DNA of 61,561 nt, the filler included, from Basidioascus undulatus (taxonomy: Eukaryota), in the NCBI GenBank assembly GCA_000826855.1. It is 14 parts of 14 records of this genome, joined end to end, with 100 filler letters (N's around TTAATTAATTAA, not from the genome) between each part and the next. Parts side by side here need not be neighbours in the genome. Positions count along the whole stretch, not along the records: positions 11,738 to 14,564 come from JTLS01002627.1; positions 14,665 to 17,490 come from JTLS01002628.1; positions 17,591 to 20,416 come from JTLS01002629.1; positions 20,517 to 44,017 come from JTLS01000263.1; 10 more parts are not named here. One strand, given 5' to 3'. Made by a program: the position numbers and the translations under genes. The notes beneath the pieces were generated by a model. That model ran no database searches and was not told the origin of the DNA. It was given only the letters and a program-made list of their open reading frames with translations. Position 1 is the first letter of the stretch. Every line of letters begins with the position of its first letter. This document shows positions 12,395-25,557 of the stretch, piece after piece.

Positions 12395-12904
12395 TGCTCG
12401 TCGACGAAATTGAGCCTGAGCTCACGCTGCCCTTTCTTGGGTTTGTTATTGCGGCCGTGGTGCTTTGGGTCATAAATGAAGTTAACTTGAGTATCTTTGC
12501 TGCGATGGAGGAGGAAAACGCGAGAAGATGGGCGAGGGATTCTGAGATTACGAAGACCCAGCCTCCTCGCACCATGGTCCGCATTTTTCAGGAATTTTGA
12601 ACGATAATCGCATCGGCGCGGTTGGACAATTGTCAGAAACAGATGGGCATCCAGCTAATTCAGCAGCTGTGACGCCGATCTACATAACGTGAGTCAATAT
12701 CACGTGAGCCGACGCGTCTCTGCATGCGGCGCGTTTGCTTTCCTCGTCTGCCCACCTCTTGCTGCTCCTTTGCTGCTCCCTTGCTGCTTTCCATAGCTCA
12801 TAGAATCCGCCCACAGCTCCAGCTCGTACCTTACCCCCGTATTTTGCCCTTTTCAACGCACATACCCCACACCAGCGTTTCCCCTCTACGGCTCTCCGTC
12901 GATC

Positions 12905-14564
12905 ATGCTCTCCGTACCGGGCGGCAACCGCGCCTGGTCCCGCGCCCGCACATCGCCCGCCGACACGACTCGGGTCAACAAGGCGCTCAAGGCTGCGGAT
13001 GTCAGGCGCTACCAATATGAGATGGATGAGGAAGTCAGAGGGAAGGATGAAGGGAAGGATGTCTCGGATGGCGAGTCTGAGGACGAGGACGAGGATGCGG
13101 AAGACATTCCGCCGCACCATGCTGTGAGTTTATCTCTCCTTTATCGCGACAAGCGAAATACCAACACCCCATGCTCGTATGGACTCGGCACAGCACTCCC
13201 CATTTTTGACCCCGCAATCTGCAAGCCGCGCAAATGCTCAACCTCTGAACCGCCGCACGACCTTCGACTACGTCCAGCCTCTTCCGCCCTCGTCCTCTTC
13301 CTCATCTTCAGAGTCCGAGGAGGACGACGCGGAAAGCAGCAGCGACGAAGAGCCCGTCCCCGTCCAGATCCAGGTAGTGTTCTACTCTCCCAAAACCGCG
13401 GTCCTCTCATCGTGCTCATTATCGCCCGCTTCTCAGAAATCGCCTCGCCCCGCCCCGCGCACCTCCCTCGGCCGCCGCCGCTCGAATCCGAACGCCCTCC
13501 GCAAAGCCATCCTCATCCGCTCGGCGGCGAAGGCGATGCTTGCGCTCGAGCAGCGCGAGAAGGAGCGCGGGGAGGAGGAGGCTGAGGTGGAGTCGGTGCT
13601 CAGCGCGGAGGATGAGGAGGAGCAGGAGGGGAAGGAAGAGGAGGTGGGCGTGGTCGCGACACCTGGCGGCTCGGTCAGTCCTTTGCGCTTTGGTGAGAGT
13701 CGCACGAATGCTCACTGAAATCTGGTGTCTCCGTGTCAGATCACCGCCAGCGATCGCGCGGCTCGTAGGAAGGGTAGCTCGCCCGGCTCTCTTCAGCCCA
13801 TGGGCGGCCACGGAGACGATCAGGGGCCACAGGAGCTGAGCTTGGACTCGGATGAGGATGAGGACTCGGATGAGGACGAAGTGCAGGTCATCGGTTCGCC
13901 TAGCAAGGTGCGTAAGGCATTGCCTTCCGCGCGCACAGTCAGTTAAGCACTCCTCACCTCAAACATCTCCATATTTTGCCAGGCCAAGGTGGAGCATGAT
14001 GATAGCGAGAGCAGCAGTTCCGACGATGAGGTCCACCTGCCTAGGAGCCCAAGCAGGACGGTACGTACCGCCAGCTTGCCTTGCCCTCATTTCCCGTTGG
14101 ATATTTCATTGACGAAGACGGGCATTCTGACGACACAGCCAGAAGAGGAGCTCTGCCGCAGCGAGCGGCGTCGGACGAGCTCTATCAGGGTACCGCTGCC
14201 TCCCGTCGAGTTCGCCGTGGACTCCTCCTCTTCCGAATCCGACGAGGACGTCCCGCCTGTCCACGCCTCGCCCTCGCCCTTCACATCCCCACCCGCACGA
14301 CAGGTGCATCTTCTCTTCGCCTCCCCCAAACCTCCCTCTCCAAGCTGACTGTTCTCTTTCTCTCCTGCCCCAGCGCTACGAGCGCTTCAGCACCTCGCAG
14401 CGCCCCGCGCCGCGCCACTCGCTCGGCGGGGCGCTCCGCCCTGCGGAGGGGTACAGGCCTGATGCGGCGCAGGCGGAGCGGCTGAGGCCGCGGCTGAGCG
14501 TGAAGGGCGGGACGCGAAGAAGCATGGCTTCCTCGAGGATTGAGGTGCGCTTCCTCCCCCTTCT
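12905..14564 (+). CDS. multi-exon acidic/Ser-rich low-complexity protein, 3'-partial, function unknown
   Basis: Linked D/E/S-rich ORFs (12905-, 13179-, 13989-) separated by GT..AG introns. One conserved-looking helix, NALRKAILIRSAAKA. Confidence 0.55.
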
Positions 14565-14664
14565 NNNNNNNNNNNNNNNNNNNNNNNNNNNNNNNNNNNN
14601 NNNNNNNNTTAATTAATTAANNNNNNNNNNNNNNNNNNNNNNNNNNNNNNNNNNNNNNNNNNNN

Positions 14665-14801
14665 CGGGTGGAGGCGGAGCGGTGGGAGCGGGTCGGCGGC
14701 GTGGAGTCCGGGGCCGGCTCCGTCTCGATGGGCTGGGCGGCGTCGGCCAGGGCGGGGACGGCGGCGGGGGCGGGAGCGTCGTTGGATGTGGGTTCGGACA
14801 T
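14665..14801 (-). CDS. N-terminus of an unidentified protein (runs into contig end)
   Basis: AATCATG start context, then MSEPTSNDAPAPAAVPALADAAQPIETEPAP with GC3-rich codons. Confidence 0.45.
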
Positions 14802-15790
14802 GATTGATTTTTTGTTCTGTGGATTGAAGGAAAGAAATGGGACGATGGAGGTGTTTAAGAGCGAGCGCCGAGCGGTGGACGCGTCCCGGGCCGGAACCGC
14901 GTCATTTCGGCCTAGAGAGTTCAGAGGAGGCCCGATTGCGACATGGGAATCGTTGTTACTGTTATGTAGTATATCGGCAAGCAGTGGCACAGTGCAGTGC
15001 CTTCGATTCATACAAAGTCTGCCTGGATTTGGATAATGAAACAAGTGCAGATTCTGTGCAGCATGCACACCAGGGGAACATTCCCCACGTTCTTTTGCTC
15101 GATGGGTCCCAGGCTTGGGCCCGTGAAGAACAGATCTACTGCGCAGCCTGGCAGCGCAGCACGCAGGCAAGCATGGCAGACGCGCGAGGAGAAAATGTGA
15201 TGAGACGCGGAACATAAAAGTACTTTCATTTAGACCGAGCAAGATAGAGTACACTGAAACTTGAGAGAGGACGGGACGTGCGGGCAATGAGTTGGAGAAT
15301 GAGGACTGCGAAATGAGAGGGGTGGTGATGCAACAGAACAGAAACAACGATAGCAATGACACAACACAAAAGAAGACGACTGGAAAGCGGGACTGCACGA
15401 TGAGCGCACGAGAAGAATCAAAGATGAAAGTGGGCAGGGACGAAGAGCTGAGGCGGGTGCGAAGAACACGATGCAAGCGGAAGAGTGTTACGATAGCGAG
15501 AATTGTTGAAGAGTGCGCGAGGTGGTATTGAGATCCCACGGATGCTGCGAGATGGGGAGGGACGGAGGGGCGTGGAGGATCGATGCGATGCGGGTGCGGA
15601 AGGTAGGGTGGGATTGGAGGATGGAGAGAGTACTGTACAGTCGGAGGGCGTGTGCGCATGCGTGTGCGTGACGGACGTGGGTGCAGATGAAGGATTGGCG
15701 GGGGACTAGAGGTGATGCGGAGTTGAGTGGGGGTCGCAGGATGGCGTGCCGCTGGAAGGAAGACGCGAAAGACGGCGCGCCGCCTACGCC

Positions 15791-16623
15791 CTAAAGGCTA
15801 ACGAGCAGGACGTCGAGTCCCCAGCCCTTGACCTTCTCCCTCGAAACCCTCCTCCCCCTCCCACCCCCGCTCCCGCGCTGGAGGTCCTTCCGCAGGGCCG
15901 CCTTACTGCCATACACTCGAGGCAGGGGCACCTTGTCCACGCCCGCGCCGGCATCGAGGAAGCGCGCGCAGTCGCCCGCGTTGATGTACAGCGTTGATTT
16001 GATCAGGCGCTTGCAGGCGGTGATGCTCTGCGGGAGGGGCGCGTTGGGGCTCGGGATGAGGCCTGGGGGTGGGGGAGGGGTGAGTGGGTAAGTGAAAGAG
16101 GCGAGGGTTAGGGAGGGCCGAGGAAAAAGAACGCACGGAAGAGGGTGATGAGCGTCTGGAGGAGCGCGAGCTTCGCGTGCGTCGCCTCAAGGCTGGGAAC
16201 GGGGCTCGGCGAGCGGCGCAGGAGGGTCGCGAACCTCTCCGAGGCAGTTGCGAACGATGCCCAGTCATCCTCGTCCTCCTCATCCTCCTCTGACTCGGAC
16301 TCCTGCACCCCCCGCCGCGCGCGCCGCTGGACAAGCACGACCTCCCCGCTGACATCCGAGCACGCGTCAACGCTCTCCGCGTCGGCGAGGGAGAGGCACG
16401 CGAAGCTGTCTGTGAGCGAGGGCGGGGAGGGGGAGGGGGTGGCCTGGCGGCGGAGGCGGCGCGCGCGCGCGTAGCGGGAGGTGCCGCAGCCCCAGGGTTT
16501 GGGTGGAGGGGACTGGGAGTGGGAGAGCATGGAGGAGGAGGTGCTGGGGAGGAGGATGAGGTCGGATTCGGACGAGCAGGTGGACGAGGAGGACGGCGTC
16601 GAGACGCGGTGCGAGCACGACAT
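15791..16623 (-). CDS. conserved hypothetical basidiomycete protein (2 exons)
   Basis: Ser/acidic N-terminus, then LALLQTLITLF/LIPSPNAPLPQSITACKRLIKSTLYINAGD...SKAALRKDL...KVKGWGLDVLLVSL*. This resembles a fungal hypothetical family with a P.S.TA.K.L.K...NI motif. Confidence 0.7.
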
Positions 16624-17408
16624 GGTGGGCGTTCGGCTGTGCACTGGACGAATATAAGTATTTCTGGGAGCGTAGGTTATTAGCAGAGTAACGTAGAGCG
16701 GATGGTGGTGTCCTGGCCAGAGTGTGAAGTTAGTGAAAGAAAGAGGGAGAGCAACGAACGAAGGAACGAGGCAACGAACGAGAGGGGTGCGGATGCTTTC
16801 GGGAGGGCGTGCACTGCGCTGCGGGCGAGGGTCTCCAATAGTCTTAAACGAGCGCCGGGGATGGCGCAACTGGGGAGTCGTCGCAGACTGACGTCAAATA
16901 GAGATCTCCGTTGCGGACTTGGTCTTCGGGATGGTGTGACTAACGGTCCGGCCAGAAAGAACGAGAAATGTGTCCGGTGTGCGGTGAGGCACACAGCATG
17001 AGCGAAGCTTTCAAAGTTGGCGGGCTACCTTCATTCGTGCAAGCCCCTATGCGACCGAGCATGAGCTTCGTCACTGAAGCCTGGGCCAAAAGAGTGAGGA
17101 GACTTCGCGCTGGACATGGGACAGCTGAAGGGCAGGAGACCGAACAGCTTGCCAACAGCCAATGCAAGTCTACACTGCTGCACTCAAGCTGCCTCTCCGG
17201 TTGCTGTGTACGACTTGTACTTCTAATCTTAGTGCAAGTAATGCCAGATATTTCAAGTTTCCCGTGCCCCATTCCACGTTGCACTACCGCCATCCTTCCC
17301 ATCCGCTGACTAGTACCCCATCACCCTTTCCTGCAGGTACCTATTTAAAAAAGGGCAAAGGCCTGGCAATTAGTGGGCAATGCGTGCAGGTGGTTGCTCA
17401 AAAAAATC

Positions 17409-17482
17409 CTCTTCAGGTGAGACTTGAACTCACAACCTCCCGATTAACAGTCGGACGCGCTAACCAATTGCGCCACCGAAGA
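17409..17482 (-). tRNA. tRNA-Asn(GTT), no intron
   Basis: Minus strand TCTTCGGTGGCGCAATTGGTTAGCGCGTCCGACTGTTAATCGGGAGGTTGTGAGTTCAAGTCTCACCTGAAGAG folds into a full cloverleaf, followed by a T-run. Confidence 0.96.
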
Positions 17483-18224
17483 CGATGGCANNNNNNNNNN
17501 NNNNNNNNNNNNNNNNNNNNNNNNNNNNNNNNNNTTAATTAATTAANNNNNNNNNNNNNNNNNNNNNNNNNNNNNNNNNNNNNNNNNNNNAAGGAAGGCA
17601 AGGAGGTGGACATGAGGTGGCAAGGTTTGACAGTTGACGAGGATTGAATAGTTGTTAAGACGTTCATGACACACGAGCTGAATATGAGCTCCTAGAGGTA
17701 CACACATTCACATGCCGGCAGAGATAAGAAGGAAGCAGACCACAGCGATGCTGCACTCAGTCATCTGAGATACATTTTCAATCAACAATTGCATACCACA
17801 AGCACTCCCAGAGACTGCACTGGGTGTATGGGGCCCAGCACCATTCAATATTTACAAAAATGAAGCTCATTGGTTTGCGGCAAGCTGCAAGTTCGCAACC
17901 TTTGCCTTTTGAGCACAGCACCTGTAGCAACCAATATTGATTCATTTGGTGCCTTAATACACTCTTCCAGTCTCTTTTTTGCAGCCAAATTATGTTACCT
18001 TACAGCTTGGCCTGCAATTATCTCTCCACCTGCTGGCAGTCAGCCATTGCAGTTTGTTGCAGCAACCTCATGCTCGCAAAAAAAAAAACTACCACAACTG
18101 GGCATACTCCTCTGAGTCATCTGAACTATCAGACCCACACATAGCCCCAAGTAAGGAACCCACAAATGATACCCAAAAGCAGTTCATGCCCACCTCCCTG
18201 CTGGGTGCATCACTCCATTTCCAT

Positions 18225-18790
18225 CATGGAATGCCAGCCCCATCTGCCAGGTACTTGCCACTCATTCCCCCACTGGCCCTGAAATCACTCTGACTGAGCC
18301 AGCAGGCAAGTGTTGCACACAATTTATTGTTGCCCCAACAGCAAGAGGAGACATGTGAAGCTCTAGAGGTCTGGACTGACTTCTTATTCCACACCTCAGG
18401 ACTGCCCAGCACTGGACACTTCATGAAAGGGAGGAGTCTGAAGGACTCACAGGTGGGCAGGGGATCTGTCATGAATACTCTCCCTCCCTTCACCAAGGAC
18501 ATTTACACCCTCGCCCTATTGTCACCTTCCTTTGTCCTATTGTCCTCCTGTCCACCTCCTCACCTTCCTTTGTCCCTTCCATCAAGCTATTGTCCTCCTG
18601 GCCTCCCTTTGTCTCTCACAGTATAAGAACCCCCCTCCCTTCTTCCCCTGTCCCTCATCCGGTCTTGTTCTCTCCTATCCCACCCTTAGCCTTGTCCTCT
18701 ACTCCTTGCCCTTTCTTCATCCATCTTGCATCTCGACAACCCTGTTGGTAGTCCCCGCTGCGGTCTGTCTTACCCAGTCAAGTCCTGACA
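18225..18790 (+). mobile_element. decayed 3' end of an LTR retrotransposon (Ty3/gypsy-like): chromodomain-like relic, purine-rich tract and putative LTR 18467-18790
   Basis: TGTCA (18467) ... TGACA (18790) inverted termini, internal TATAAG at 18622, purine-rich GGTGGGCAGGGG just before the TG. Upstream frameshifted peptides TQFIVA...LD*LLIPHL/DCPALDT resemble a chromovirus chromodomain end. Strong CpG loss. Confidence 0.5.
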
Positions 18791-18799
18791 AAGCAGCAG

Positions 18800-19703
18800 C
18801 ATTTGGAGTCTTGTCAGACTCGATAATTCCCTTCGCCACATGCAATCACTGTCAATGCCAATTAAATTCGGGCCATCTTTACAGGGATATCAAGAACAAG
18901 CAGGATACTCAGCTTGTGCTGGTAAACCACACCCACACAGGGGTTGTTCAGCCTTCCACCTGGCACATGCACCAGAACTTCCCGATGCATTGTTGTCTGT
19001 GTGATTTGGATGTCAGTTGAATAGAGGCAGTATGAATGTTCGAGGATCTTACAATAATGATCTTGGCTGAATATGATATCAAATTGTCAGTCTGATATTG
19101 TGCATGATCACAGAAGTTCCACGTGGGAAACACACCCAGTTCCCAAATGACCCAGCACACTTGATACGATACCACTGACATAATCTCCTCAAATTTCAGA
19201 AGAGGCAATTTGCATAAGACCTTTCAATTGAACACACCCATTGATCATCTTTTTGGTGCACTGCACACAGGATAGATTCTGTGGTGAAACTGTCAGTGTC
19301 CCTTTGACAGTTTGCTATGAAAGATCCATAAACTCACCAACTTCCCAAATATTCTCCTTGTCCTTGATCAGGAGCTCTTTATAGTTTTGACACCCCAGGA
19401 CTTGTTGTATGTGATCTGCCAGGTGGTGAGGATCTTGCTGAGGGAGACAGAGGGTGTGGTGGACAACAGCACTGTTAACACAAAGGTGATGTGTAAGCAT
19501 AAGTTTATTCATTGATAGTCAGGAGATAACTCCACTCACTGGTTTGGTCTGTGGGGAGAGGGAAAGGGGGAAAAAGGAGGGTCAGTTGGCCAGCCCACTT
19601 ACATCACATCCTTGCACAATCCCATTCATACCCTTGCTCCTGTTTTCCCAACCCAGTAATCTCATTAAATAAAACACATAACTTGTTATAGAATGGGGGG
19701 CAT
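18800..19703 (-). pseudogene. CpG-depleted spliced gene relic, possibly transposon-borne, with chromodomain-like fragments
   Basis: Recognisable GTGAGT..CTGAC..CAG intron joins ..KDKENIWEV|ESILCAVHQKDDQW, followed by YQVCW..PTW. In-frame stops are present and there is no CpG between about 19170 and 19810. Confidence 0.3.
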
Positions 19704-20351
19704 GTTGGTCTCAGTGAGGGATGTTCAAGATGATGATGATCAAGAGGAAAAGAGTGGATGGGGTGTGAGGTGCACTTTTATGGACCCCATCATACACATG
19801 GTAGCAATGACCGGAATCCTTCAATAAAGGCCCGGCAGGGATAAAAATGGGTATTCAGCATCGGCGCAATGTTTATGTTGTATGCAGTCAACAGCACTTG
19901 CACCAAGAACCAAGACATATATGATCAGTATCATGGACATTAAACTGGCTTGTGGTTGGGGACATATTAAGTATTGAATAGGTAATTTACATATACTCCA
20001 GATTGGTTATCTGTATAGACAACAGGGTCCATCACATGAGTTGGATGTGTATCAAGCATGATTACAACACAAGGAATCTCATTCATGTTCCAATCACAAT
20101 ACACAGTAAGCTATGGGGAAGTCTGAACTTGTCTGATACTGCTTTTATTCTCTTCCCACAGGTTCTCACCATCATTCACTGGTGCTATCGGATGTGACCT
20201 GGATGTACACTGAAAGGTACATGCGATCTTAAGCTGCGCTGCCCCGGAAAGCCCTTGGAATGGTATGCCCTGCTGTATGAAGAGGTGGTGCTTTCTGTAC
20301 CTTGCAGGGCGAGAAGAGTGATAATGTAAAACTGGAGTGAGGCAAAAGTGA

Positions 20352-20416
20352 AGCCCCACGCGGGGGTCGAACCCGCAGCCTTGAGATTAAGAGTCTCACG
20401 CTCTACCGATTGAGCT
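20352..20416 (-). tRNA. tRNA-Lys(CTT), 5' acceptor strand cut off by contig end
   Basis: Minus strand AGCTCAATCGGTAGAGCGTGAGA-CT-CTT-AA-TCTCAAGGCTGCGGGTTCGACCCCCGCGTGGGGCT. Confidence 0.93.
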
Positions 20417-22429
20417 NNNNNNNNNNNNNNNNNNNNNNNNNNNNNNNNNNNNNNNNNNNNTTAATTAATTAANNNNNNNNNNNNNNNNNNNNNNNNNNNN
20501 NNNNNNNNNNNNNNNNAGATGGTCGGGAGGGTGGAGGAGATCGCTGAGGGAGTGGCGGAGGGGACAAGGGTGAGCGGGCAAGGCGAGAGGAGCAGAGCAG
20601 ACAGACCACGCGCCAGAGATTGACAGGCCCAGCTGCCTGCTCGCACGGGCCTCGCGTCGTTCAACTGACATTTGCATGCAGTCTTGGGTTTCATGTACAT
20701 ATTTTCTTGGTTGTTCTGAAAATGCAATAATTGTCCGACTTTGCAGTAAAATTTAACAGGCACAGTCGTCACAGAGCTATCCCGCGATGGAGAGTAATCG
20801 CCGGTCGTTCGCAGACCCACATCATCGTTTTGACTGCGTCCCTGATCTACACCGCCCAGCAAGTTGCAGTTACCATGCTTTCCGACCGAGGATTCTGACA
20901 TACGCGTACGCCATGAAGTGTGGAAGAAGTGCTCGGGATCGTCGCAGTCTATCTCCTACATGTACCCCCGTAACGACGACAGAAGAAGGTCGCGGATTCT
21001 CGCACCCGGGCCGGCCGTACCTGCCGCTCAAGGCGCCTCTTCGGTAGCCTCCGAGGTCCTGAAACCCAGGCAGGCGTGGCAGGGGATGTTCCCGTGCATC
21101 CTCACTCCCTCAAGGTCGTGCTGGCGATACAGCACGTCGCTTTCTGGGGAGTGTCCTCGGTGAAGAAGCTCAAAGAAAGAGCAAACGGGGCTGTGTACGT
21201 AGGTTTCCCTGATAGAAACGCCCGCAGCGTCAGCAACGTCCTTGAAAGGAGTCGCTGCGGCTTCTAGAACTGCTTCACGGGCGCCGCGCTCTGCATTTCA
21301 GAGTACTGCTCCCTCCTTCTCTTTTTAAGAGCGAGGATGAGGTGAAGAGGGTGTCGTAGTGTTTTTCGAATGCGGCAAGGTTCAGGTCCCGGGGGAGGTA
21401 GGTGGCAGGGCAAGGGTGAGGGGCTCTTGGGGGCTCCCCCCGGAACCCTCGGGATATAACTTGAAGCAGGTACGCTGTACCTTCTTTCGGTCTGGTTTTG
21501 TTTCAAGTGCCAGCCATGTCCAAGAAAGACCTTTCAAACGATCAGACATAGTCAGCTTGTCGCTGACCAGTGGTGACTAGTGAGACCACTGGCACACAGC
21601 AGAAGATGGTTCACGCAGTGTGTCTGTTGGCCCAGTTGTCCACAGCCACAGGCTTTATTACGGATATTCAATAATATCACCAAAACAGGACACAAGAGAG
21701 TCTACTCCAGACACAACCGTCTCCAAGCCTGGGCCCGCACATGATTCCGCAGGTCCGGAGGGTGCGTAATGGATTGAGCACCCCACCTGAGCAAGACCCT
21801 CATCCAAATCAATTTCGAGGACCTTTGCCACCACAGTACAAAATATTCATAACTACCCTTTCTGCCAATGGACAGAGGACACCCAGTGGGAGCCGCATAC
21901 ATTCTCCGCAATAGTCTGGATTCGCCGTGCTGTAGTGGGACACGCGAAGTGGGATGTGAGGCGACGAGGTACAGATTTCTCTAACATATTAAAACCATCG
22001 CCCTTTAGTCAAGAGACACATAAAAAGTGCAGGACAGCCCGCGGGCTTGGTGGGTACCCCAGGCTATGGACCGTTCTGCATTGCCACTTGAGCCTGAAAG
22101 CGGCGCTGCGCTTGGATTAGACAGGCACATCTAATGGGGGGGAAAGCAAATACTCTGCCTATTTTGAGGTTAAACCTGCACAATTTCCGGGTACAATCGG
22201 GTTTAAACAGTAGTGGCTTCAATGAACGCGACGAGCACCTCATCCACGACTCAACACTGAGCCTGTACACACAATTTCTCTCGGCAAACAGCACGATCCC
22301 CATGGGGCAGTAAGACGTCAACATGCCATTGAACAATACTTTAGGAAAAATGCTGGTTATCCATCACTGCATCCAATTCGATCAGCAACAGGGTACTCCC
22401 CCATGAGGGCTCCCAACAAGCGCACCTGG

Positions 22430-24150
22430 TCAGATCGCGCTTCTCCCTACACTGTAACGGTGGCGCAAGATCCCTTGAAGACGCCGCCATGGCGTCGCCT
22501 TCTCAAGATCCTCCTGCTGTACACTGTTAAAATTCTCAGGGGTATCAGAGTCTTCTCCAGCAGCTTTCACTTCGGCGTTGTCCGTCAGGGGAGTGTCCAG
22601 CCAAGAGTCTGAGAACAAAAGTACGCGTTTTCCGCACCTTGACAAAGAGCGATGTGAGTAAACAAAGTCCTGCGACAGGAATGTAGTAGATAAACACGGC
22701 GTGCATGCCGTACATGTATGCATCGAGGATGGCGTTTTGCGTTGTAGCGTCCAGATCCACCGGAAGCTCGAAGCTTGACCGGGTGAGCGACGTGTACAGG
22801 TCAGTTGGGATAGAGGTTGGAAGCTTTGATATGAAGAGAGTGTTAAGGAGTGCGTTCGATATGGCGAGTCCAACTGGGTCTAAGGTGAGAGTCGACTCGA
22901 ATGTGTCAGGAATTTCGGTAGCTCACCGGCACCGCCGGAGGTACGAGCGAAACTGAAGGAGGTGAAGGTGGCCACATAAAACATTAAAAATCTCTTCCCA
23001 TGCTTGTTGGAAGTAACTTGGACCTACTTTCGAGCGCCAGTCACGACAGCGCGATCTGTGGGAGGTGCAGACACCTGTGCCACAACGAGTGCTGGAGAAG
23101 GGCTTGCAGTCAGATCTGCTGGTAGCCCATACCAGCAGCCAGATTGCTGTATAATAAATGCAAGTAAACCTCAGCGTGACTTGACAATCGTCATTAAGGA
23201 GGTGTGCGTACGTTGGGGAGTCGCCACCGCTCCTACACCCTGCATGAATAGCGTGCCAACAATGACGCCGATGCTGGTTTCCAGCCAGAATACGACCTCG
23301 GTTGCTTATCGAGCAGTCCATAAGGCGAATCCAGCCAGAAGGCATGCATTTCCCGGTACGCTGGACAATCAACCCGGTCGAAGGGGTCGCGAAGACCTGC
23401 GTGAGAACCAGCGGAAGGACGAGCACGCCCGACTTGATGGCGCCGAAACCGAGAACATTTTTGAAAGTATCTGGATTGATGCTGTCAGCGGGCGAGCGAA
23501 AACAGGAATGGGAAGGGCACTGTACATCGCAATTTAGTAGATTGTGAAACGAGAGCGTCAGTGCCCACTTCTTCGGAGAATCGAAGCGACACTGTCCGCA
23601 CCATTGGCGAAGAAAATCTGCCCCACGAGCCACGTCTGAACAAAGACGAGGGTGAATGTACCGATTCGGAAGCTATAGGGCATCTGAAAGTCAACAAAGA
23701 ACATCAACAGCGCGGACGAAATTGCTCACAGTCTCAGTGGCAAGAGCGGCAGCACCGCGAACTTGTGCTGCACGAGCAGGAACGCGGCCATTGCCGCAAC
23801 ACCGACCACCAACAGGGCAATGACGGTTGGCGAATCCATGGATACGTCGCACCTTCTCCCGAGATGGGAATCTGTGAACCGATGTCGTCGGCCCCCGGCC
23901 CAACAACACATCACAGGAAAGATTTCTACGACGGACCTGGATCATGTCTATCGCTGCGAGACTAAGCGCGCTCCCAAGTCAATCTATATGCCGCAGCTTC
24001 TCGCGCAGCGAGGACAGCACAAGCGTGAGCGGCAAGAGGAAGAGGATGATGGGGAAGGTGCACGCCGTCAGGGCGGGGTGATCCCTGCCATGTTGAATCA
24101 GTGGCAATGCGAGGTTGACTTGAATAGGTACTTCGTCTCGTGGATGGCGC
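22430..24150 (-). pseudogene. DHA2/EmrB-QacA-type MFS drug:H+ antiporter pseudogene
   Basis: IILFLLPLTLVLSSLREKLRHID*LGSALSLAA (TGA 23979-23981 at the conserved Trp), GATYPW/DSPTVIALLVVG (1-nt frameshift near 23836), PLLPLRL, VLGFGAIKSGVLVLPL, AILDAYMYGMHAVFIYYIPVAGLCLLTSLFVK. The N-terminal half is not recognisable. Confidence 0.85.
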
Positions 24151-25557
24151 GGGCGGCATTCGAATACCGCACTGCATGTGGACCACACGCCCTCGCTGGA
24201 GAGAGGCTTTGCAGGGACTCTCGTAGGTTGCCCCGATAGTCGGTCGGTCGCCTGCGCTGACGATATCGGCCGCCTTTTCCCGCTGCAAGTCGCAGTTTGC
24301 TGCTCACTGTGCACCTCGATCATAAGTTGTTATCTACATTCACTCCTCGAAGTTTTAATGCCATATAACAGACAAGGGCTCGTATACGTGCCGTGTGAGC
24401 GACTGTAGGTGTCCTACCGCACATGAGGTTCGGATGGCGAGCCGGAGTTTGGAGACAACAATTTGGCGTCCTGCACGCGTCGAGCGATGTGCAGGCTCTC
24501 CAAAGCCACAAGGGCCAGAGTTCGCATCAGAACCTCATATATCAAGACGATTCTTTGTCTCTTTCATCTCAAGTTGTACGCGCCACGAATCCTGCACGCC
24601 TCTCCCTGGACGCAGAAGCAAGAGCGTTGGGCTAAAACAATCTATGTGTGAAAATATATGTCTTTAAGGGCAGGGAATGGCAAACTGATCAATGAGGATA
24701 GAGCAGAGGGGTCTCTTTTTTGGCAAGTGCAGCAAAGTGCAATCCGTGGCAAGGCTCAGCGTTTAGACTCGGACGCCTCATTGACAGCCCGCCTCAGCGT
24801 CTCCTGAAAGCAACACCGGTCGTATTTCTCTCTGTCCTCAGTATCCAGCCTCTCATCGAAAGCAAACTCTTCCAGACTGCCAGGGCTGCGATGCGTGTCT
24901 TGAGGACTTGAAAGCGCACGCTGCCTCTCACAGGGCGACAGTGGTGAGTGCCCTGCTATAATATTATAACCCTCTGATTCCGTCGCTATGACCACAACAT
25001 GTCATAGAACCAGCTGAAAGGGAGTTGACGGTGCTGAAGCTGCTGTGGACCAGGTCCAAGGCACCCAGCTGGCCGACTTCTTGTTTTCGGGGTCGATAGC
25101 TGTGACGTCATTCGTTACTTGTCAACTGCAAATGCCCCCAAGCCAGCTGTCGTTCCGATGGGGCCTTTTGGTGCTTTCCGTCCCAAATCTGCTGTACGAA
25201 GGTGTACATGGAGCAATTATTGCGAACAATACTTTTCAACAGATGCGCCCTGAAAATGTTTGGTCAAGTTACAAGCAATCGACAAGGCAAAGGGCATTTT
25301 CTCTAGCGGGCCTTGTGCGAAGGCCAGGCCCTGTCACTGCCCGCTGCGCGAGTTGCTCAGGCTCGCCCGCGTACGCTACGCCGCTTTTCGCTCAACGTCC
25401 AACCCGCCGTCGTCGTCTGCCTCTTACTCGCCTTCATTCCGCCCCTTCCCGCCTAGCCATCACCCCCCCCTTTCCCTTTCCCCGTACGCACTCTACAGGC
25501 GCCATGTCAGGGGCGGGCACACGGGCACTCCCAGCTGATACGCGCGCCGGATAGGAC

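Noticed and set aside
14613..15659. 348-aa minus-strand ORF
   Set aside because: Most of it is pyrimidine-rich UTR- or intron-like sequence. Only the last ~45 codons from the ATG at 14801 look coding.
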